Of a stretch of 64,000 nucleotides of DNA, positions 60,073-64,000 are shown piece by piece. Origin of the DNA: Chloroflexota bacterium. Lineage in GTDB: Bacteria; Chloroflexota; Limnocylindria; Limnocylindrales; CSP1-4. The translations under genes were made by a program, and so were the position numbers. The notes under the pieces are model-generated. The model was not told the DNA's origin. It made no database searches and saw nothing but the letters and a program-made list of their open reading frames with translations. The stretch lies in the NCBI GenBank assembly GCA_037446495.1, contig JBBIIL010000003.1, positions 76,011-140,010 of the forward strand, read 5' to 3'. How positions within the stretch are numbered: the stretch's first letter is position 1; each line of letters opens with the position of its first letter.

Positions 60073-60708
60073 CTAGAACCGGTACCCGTCGCGCCGCAGG
60101 GCTTCGATCCGGCGCTTGCGCAGGTCCAGCGACTGGTAGCCGAAGGCGAGGGTTCCGAGCAGGAACGCGATCGCCACCGCCGGCACGTCGCCACGCAGCG
60201 CGCCCGCCGGCCCGACACTGTGCAGGTCGGCCAGGTGCACGCGTCCTGCGAGGAGCAGCACCCCGGTCGTCGCCCAGGTGGCACCCGCGTAGCCCGTGAT
60301 GGCCGCCACGAACACCGAGGGCGCGTCGGCGACGATCATGACGACGCTGATGACGACGCCCGCCACGATGCCCCCCAGCAGCGTCAGCGGGCCACCGTCG
60401 ATCCCGATGGCCGCCAGGAGCCCGCTTCCGACGGTCGCTCCCAGCCCGATCCCCAGCACGAGCACGGCGCCGTCGAACCACAGGCCGGCGAGCGCCGCCA
60501 GCACCAGGCCCAGCGTGGCGCCGGCCAGCCAGCCACCGAGCGTCGCGAACAGCCCGTCGCCCGCGATCGACGCCACGAGGTCCGCGCCCAGGACGAGTCC
60601 GGTGAGGAACCCCCAGAGCGGCAGGAGGACGTAGAACATCCGGGTCCCGAAGCCGGCGACCACCGCCCCGACGATGATCGCCGCGGCGGCCACCAGCAGC
60701 GTCTCCAC
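60073..60708 (-). CDS. multipass (about 6 TM) Gly/Ala/Leu-rich membrane protein, hypothetical (possibly DUF4203-like)
   Basis: 211-aa ORF of hydrophobic helices with a basic C-terminal tail (LRKRRIEALRRDGYRF). The family guess is from memory. Confidence 0.5.
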   Translation of the reverse strand: METLLVAAAAIIVGAVVAGFGTRMFYVLLPLWGFLTGLVLGADLVASIAGDGLFATLGGWLAGATLGLVLAALAGLWFDGAVLVLGIGLGATVGSGLLAAIGIDGGPLTLLGGIVAGVVISVVMIVADAPSVFVAAITGYAGATWATTGVLLLAGRVHLADLHSVGPAGALRGDVPAVAIAFLLGTLAFGYQSLDLRKRRIEALRRDGYRF

Positions 60709-60802
60709 GCGCTACCTCCTCGATCGCGCCGACACGGCGCGCCCGCCCACGGTAGCGCGCATCCGGGCCGCCACCAACGCCGAACCGGCCCCCGGAAACG
60801 CC

Positions 60803-60828
60803 GAACCGGCCCCCGAGAGGGCCGGTTC
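60803..60828 (-). terminator. candidate terminator hairpin after the tRNA cluster
   Basis: Perfect 10-bp stem gaaccggccc/gggccggttc with a 6-nt loop, 13 nt downstream of tRNA-Cys. The left arm belongs to an 18-bp direct repeat (60777-60794 and 60798-60815). The T-tract is weak. Confidence 0.45.
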
Positions 60829-60840
60829 TGGTTCAGTCAG

Positions 60841-60917
60841 TGGAGGCGACGGTCGGATTCGAACCGACGAATAAGGGTTTTGCAGACCCCCGCGTTGGGC
60901 CACTTCGCCACGTCGCC
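60841..60917 (-). tRNA. tRNA-Cys (anticodon GCA), CCA encoded
   Basis: The minus strand reads ggcgacgtggcgaagtggcccaacgcgggggtCTGCAAAacccttattcgtcggttcgaatccgaccgtcgcctcca. The cloverleaf was folded by eye. Confidence 0.85.
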
Positions 60918-61020
60918 GCGTCGAGCGTGATCGTGAGGATACCGGGAACGTGCCGTTCCTGCGACGTCGCCGGGGCCCCGGTCGGGCCTGGGCAGGGCGC
61001 CGCGGGCGTCCCCGGAGAGT

Positions 61021-61094
61021 TGGCTGCCCCTCGAGGATTCGAACCTCGGCTCACGGATCCAAAGTCCGCTGTCCTACCGCTAGACGAAGGGGCA
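61021..61094 (-). tRNA. tRNA-Gln (anticodon TTG), CCA encoded
   Basis: The minus strand reads tgccccttcgtctagcggtaggacagcggaCTTTGGAtccgtgagccgaggttcgaatcctcgaggggcagcca. The U1-A72 pair is typical of tRNA-Gln. Confidence 0.85.
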
Positions 61095-61129
61095 GGGCGC
61101 CACGGGCTAGGGTACGCGATGAGGGGGAG

Positions 61130-61205
61130 TGGAGCGGAAGACGGGACTCGAACCCGCGACCCTCACCTTGGCAAGGTGATGCTCTACCAACTGAGCCACT
61201 TCCGC
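61130..61205 (-). tRNA. tRNA-Gly (anticodon GCC), CCA encoded
   Basis: The minus strand reads gcggaagtggctcagttggtagagcatcaccTTGCCAAggtgagggtcgcgggttcgagtcccgtcttccgctcca. Confidence 0.9.
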
Positions 61206-61225
61206 TCGATATGCCGACCGAGTGT

Positions 61226-61301
61226 TGGTGCCGAGAGCCAGATTCGAACTGGCGACACCGCGATTTTCAGTCGCGTGCTCTACCAACTGAGCTACCTCGG
61301 C
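61226..61301 (-). tRNA. tRNA-Phe (anticodon GAA), CCA encoded
   Basis: The minus strand reads gccgaggtagctcagttggtagagcacgcgaCTGAAAAtcgcggtgtcgccagttcgaatctggctctcggcacca. Confidence 0.9.
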
Positions 61302-61387
61302 CCGGACCCGGGATCCCGCAGGAGCCCCGTCGGCGGGGCGGAGAATACCACGGCCCCGGAACGGGCGTCCACCGTGCCGGGGCGGCC

Positions 61388-62515
61388 TCAGCGCCACCCC
61401 TGCCAAGTGAACCCCGGGGGCGTCGCGGGAGGTTCGGGCGGCCGGGGCGGGTCCGGCGGAGCCGGGGGCGACGGTGGATCGTCCGACCCAGCGGTGCTCG
61501 CCTCGAGGCCCCGCAGCCCGGCATCCACCACGGGCGCGTCGTTGACCACGACGAGACTCGGCGAGTCGACCGGCGCCTCGCCGGTGAGCTGGCGCAGGCG
61601 GTTGATCCGGTCCAGCACCGGCGGGTGCGTCGAGAACATGTCGCTCGACTCCGCGGTCGCCGCCTTGACGGGGTTCTCGAAGTAGAGGTGCTGGGTGGCG
61701 CGGTTCGCCACCTCGAGCGGTTCGGTGTCCAGGGCGATCTTGGCGAGCGCCCGCTCCAAGCCGTACGGGTTGCGCGTGAGCTCCACCGACGACGCATCCG
61801 CGAGGTACTCGCGCTGGCGGCTCACGGCCAGCTGGACGAGCTTGGCCGCGATCGGCGCCACGATCGCGAGGACCAGGGCGATGATCATCATGATGGCCGC
61901 GAAGCCGCCCGACTCGCCGGAGTTGCTGCTGCGCCGCCGCCGACCGCTCACGCTGCCCCAGAAGGTCATCCGCAGGAACATGTCCGAGATCAGCGCCACC
62001 GCGCCCACGAGGACGCCCACCATCAGCGAGAAGCGGATGTCGAAGTTGCGGACGTGCGATAGCTCGTGGCCCATGACGCCCTGAAGCTCCTCCCGGTCGA
62101 GCTTCTGGAGCAGCCCCACAGTGATCGCCACCGACGCGTGTTGCGGGTCTCGCCCGGTCGCGAAGGCGTTGGGCGCCGTGTCGTCGATGATGTAGACGCG
62201 GGGCATGGGGACGCCGGCCGCGGTTGCCATCTCCTGGACGACATTGAAGAACTGCGGGGCCGAGTTGGCGTCCACCTCCTTGGCCCCAGACGATGCCAGC
62301 ACGATCGCGTCCCCGGCGTAGAACGCGATCAGCGCGGAAGCGAAGCCCACGATCAGCGCGATGGCCGCCGCCACGGCGCCGTAGCCGACGGAGCCGCCTG
62401 CCGCCCCGCCGATGGCGAACCCGAGCGCACCGAGCAGCAGGACCACGACCAGCGAGAGCAGCACCGAATTGCGGCGGTTGGCCGCGATCTGGTTGTAGAA
62501 GGTCGCCGTCGCCAT
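61388..62515 (-). CDS. htpX: M48-family zinc metalloprotease HtpX-like with Pro-rich C-terminal extension
   Basis: GVMGHELSHVRNFD (HExxH) motif, TM helices, and a second Glu (REYLADASS). It lies immediately downstream of lemA. Confidence 0.88.
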   Translation of the reverse strand: MATATFYNQIAANRRNSVLLSLVVVLLLGALGFAIGGAAGGSVGYGAVAAAIALIVGFASALIAFYAGDAIVLASSGAKEVDANSAPQFFNVVQEMATAAGVPMPRVYIIDDTAPNAFATGRDPQHASVAITVGLLQKLDREELQGVMGHELSHVRNFDIRFSLMVGVLVGAVALISDMFLRMTFWGSVSGRRRRSSNSGESGGFAAIMMIIALVLAIVAPIAAKLVQLAVSRQREYLADASSVELTRNPYGLERALAKIALDTEPLEVANRATQHLYFENPVKAATAESSDMFSTHPPVLDRINRLRQLTGEAPVDSPSLVVVNDAPVVDAGLRGLEASTAGSDDPPSPPAPPDPPRPPEPPATPPGFTWQGWR

Positions 62516-62579
62516 GGGGTGAGCGGAGCCGGGCTCCGGGGCCGGACGGGCGCTGTGGCCGCCGGCGCCGGGTTGCGGG

Positions 62580-63143
62580 CTACTTGAGGCTCAGGTCCAC
62601 GGTCGGGACGGCCTGCGCCTCGGGCTCGGCCGCGAAGAACTCGCGCTTGGCGAAGCCAAACATCCCAGCGAGGAGGACCGCCGGGAACGTCTGGATGCCG
62701 TTGTTGTAGTCGAGCACGGTGGCGTTGTAATGCTGCCGTGCGAAGCTGATCTGGTTCTCCGTGGTGCTGAGCTGCTCCTGAAGGCTCAGGACGTTCTGGT
62801 TCGCCTTGAGGTCCGGGTAGTTCTCCGCCACCGCGAACAGCGAGCGCAGGGCGCCGGTCAGCTGGTTCTCCGCGGCGGACTGGGCGGCCGGGCCCTGGGC
62901 ACCAGCCGCGATCGCGCTGGCGCGGGCTTCGGTGACCTTCGTCAGGACGTCCTGCTCGAAGCTCATGTAGCCCTTCACGGCCGCGACGAGGTTGGGGATC
63001 AGGTCGTGGCGGCGCTTCAGCTGGACGTCGATCTGGCTGAACGCCTCATCGACGCGGTTGCGCCTCCCGATGAGGCCGTTGTAGATGCCGATGACCACCA
63101 CGACGATGACGACGATGATGGCCAGCACGATGAGGAGCGGCAT
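62580..63143 (-). CDS. lemA: LemA-family protein
   Basis: MPLLIVLAIIVVIVVVVIGIYNGLIGRRNRVDEAFSQIDVQLKRRHDLIPNLV is the canonical LemA N-terminus. The ATG at 63143 follows GGAGGGAG. Confidence 0.9.
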   Translation of the reverse strand: MPLLIVLAIIVVIVVVVIGIYNGLIGRRNRVDEAFSQIDVQLKRRHDLIPNLVAAVKGYMSFEQDVLTKVTEARASAIAAGAQGPAAQSAAENQLTGALRSLFAVAENYPDLKANQNVLSLQEQLSTTENQISFARQHYNATVLDYNNGIQTFPAVLLAGMFGFAKREFFAAEPEAQAVPTVDLSLK

Positions 63144-63362
63144 GGAGTCGGTCTCCCTCCGGCTGGGAGCCCCTCGCGGACCCCGTGGGAGCCAGCATAG
63201 CGCGGCACGCGCCGCGTGTCGGCGGTCAGCGGCGCACGCGCGCGTGTCGGCGGTCAGCGCCGCAAGAGATGCCTGCCCATGCTCGGCCGCGGGTCCGGGA
63301 CATCCCTTCCGAATCACACCGAGGCGCGTCGGCACGAGGGTCACCGCGCGTCGGCCGCCCTG

Positions 63363-63419
63363 CTGACTCCCAGGCCGCACATTCCGTGTGCACGGCTCCG
63401 AGTGCGGCCTGGGAGTCAG
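63363..63419. repeat. 18-bp perfect inverted repeat (19 bp with the flanking G-C pair) around a 21-nt spacer
   Basis: ctgactcccaggccgcac (63363-63380) pairs with gtgcggcctgggagtcag (63402-63419). The spacer itself contains ccgtgtgcacgg. Confidence 0.85.
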
Positions 63420-63676
63420 CGAGGTGACCGGCCACGGATCAGATCCACGGCCCCATGAGGACGAGCGCTGCCTGCCGGGCCGCACAGCGACCAAGATGGG
63501 CCGGAAGTGCGGCCGCACAGGCATCAGGTCACCGGGATGGCCCTCGGCCGTGCGACGGGACGGGGGGTCGTGTCGCCCGTCAGCGTCGCCCGTGATCCCT
63601 GCCCGTGCTCGACGTCGCCGATGTCGCGACTCACGTGTCGCCCATGTCGCGACGCATGACAGTGGTGGGCGGTGAG

Positions 63677-63750
63677 TGGGCGGTGAGGGACTCGAACCCC
63701 CGACATCCTCGGTGTAAACGAGGCGCTCTGACCAGCTGAGCTAACCGCCC
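63677..63750 (-). tRNA. tRNA-Val (anticodon TAC), CCA not encoded
   Basis: The minus strand reads gggcggttagctcagctggtcagagcgcctcgTTTACACcgaggatgtcgggggttcgagtccctcaccgccca. Confidence 0.88.
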
Positions 63751-63799
63751 GGAACGTGAAACGGGCGGCCCGTCGGCCGCCCGCGAGGGGTCAGGAGAG

Positions 63800-63884
63800 T
63801 GGTGCCCAGGCCGGGACTTGAACCCGGATGAGTTGCCTCATACGCCCCTCAAACGTACGCGTATACCAATTCCGCCACCTGGGC
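63800..63884 (-). tRNA. tRNA-Leu (anticodon GAG), class II, CCA encoded
   Basis: The minus strand reads gcccaggtggcggaattggtatacgcgtacgtTTGAGGGgcgtatgaggcaactcatccgggttcaagtcccggcctgggcacca. Confidence 0.85.
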
Positions 63885-63923
63885 AGGTGTCCCGCTCGCC
63901 GTGTGCCGTCACACCGCAGTGGG

Positions 63924-64000
63924 TGGTACCGAGGGAGGGAGTCGAACCCACACGACCTTGCGGCCACTGGTACCTGAAACCAGCGCGTCTACCATTCCGC
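63924..64000 (-). tRNA. tRNA-Leu (anticodon CAG), 5' end cut by the window edge
   Basis: The minus strand reads ...gcggaatggtagacgcgctggtTTCAGGTaccagtggccgcaaggtcgtgtgggttcgactccctccctcggtacca. The acceptor 5' strand lies beyond position 64000. Confidence 0.8.

Noticed and set aside
60840-62062. ORFs 60840-61685+ and 60950-62062+ spanning the tRNA cluster.
   Set aside because: They read straight through four well-folded tRNA genes on the other strand and run antisense to htpX. They are not coding.
63275-63300. Possible third, inverted copy of the rpsB/rplS intergenic element (gcctgcccatgctcggcc versus gcctgacatgcccgctcgggc).
   Set aside because: The alignment needs several gaps over about 20 nt. 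Similarity at that level is expected by chance in GC-rich DNA.

Overview
This is a very GC-rich bacterial chromosomal window. About 90% of it is tightly packed housekeeping genes, nearly all on the minus strand.

**Gene order by coordinate**
- 1-8134: ispG (partial), rseP, dxr, cdsA, uppS, frr, pyrH, tsf, rpsB, yraN.
- 8355-12634: a plus-strand insert, described below.
- 12638-15758: rnhB, a plus-strand PhzF-like gene and a polytopic membrane protein.
- 15798-21814: rplS, trmD, rimM, khpA-like, rpsP, an unknown membrane-anchored protein, ffh.
- 22162-32023: small membrane protein, ftsY, smc, rnc, acpP, nusB, asp23, plsX, rpmF, yceD, a coiled-coil protein.
- 32114-38087: coaD, rsmD, recG, a DAK2/YloV protein, asp23, plus-strand rpmB.
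- 38236-50877: dtd, rpe, rlmN, fmt, def, a small helical protein, priA, gmk, rluD, lspA, ileS.
- 51079-57899: a plus-strand LCP-family gene, ilvE, a CaCA/DUF1634/TauE membrane trio, rpsR, ssb, rpsF.
- 58093-64000: a small accessory-looking stretch with a plus-strand REC-ParA/TadZ-like gene plus a zinc-ribbon membrane gene, eight minus-strand tRNA genes, a multipass membrane protein, htpX and lemA.

**Start codons.** Many six-frame ORFs in the supplied track over-extend at the N-terminus. I re-placed starts where a stop/start overlap (GTGA, ATGA, TGATG) or a Shine-Dalgarno-like sequence supported it.

**What I did not find.** There is no CRISPR array, transposase, integrase, prophage gene or recognisable defence system.

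**Most unusual content**
1. A 1231-aa protein (8355-12050) sits with a small jelly-roll-like partner on the opposite strand between yraN and rnhB. It has no signal peptide. It carries an N-terminal LQRxxGNRAV-type motif, Gly/Ala tandem repeats, a run of 11-residue amphipathic repeats and an OmpA-C-like domain.
2. An orphan receiver-ParA/TadZ-like protein with degenerate catalytic motifs is paired with a zinc-ribbon membrane protein.
3. A dispersed intergenic element lies directly after the stop codons of yraN and trmD, upstream of rpsB and rplS. A 13-nt extended -10-like motif is shared by the rplS and rpsF upstream regions.
4. A repeat-rich 530-bp non-coding stretch lies next to tRNA-Val.

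All functional calls rest on motif and family recognition by eye. No searches were run.
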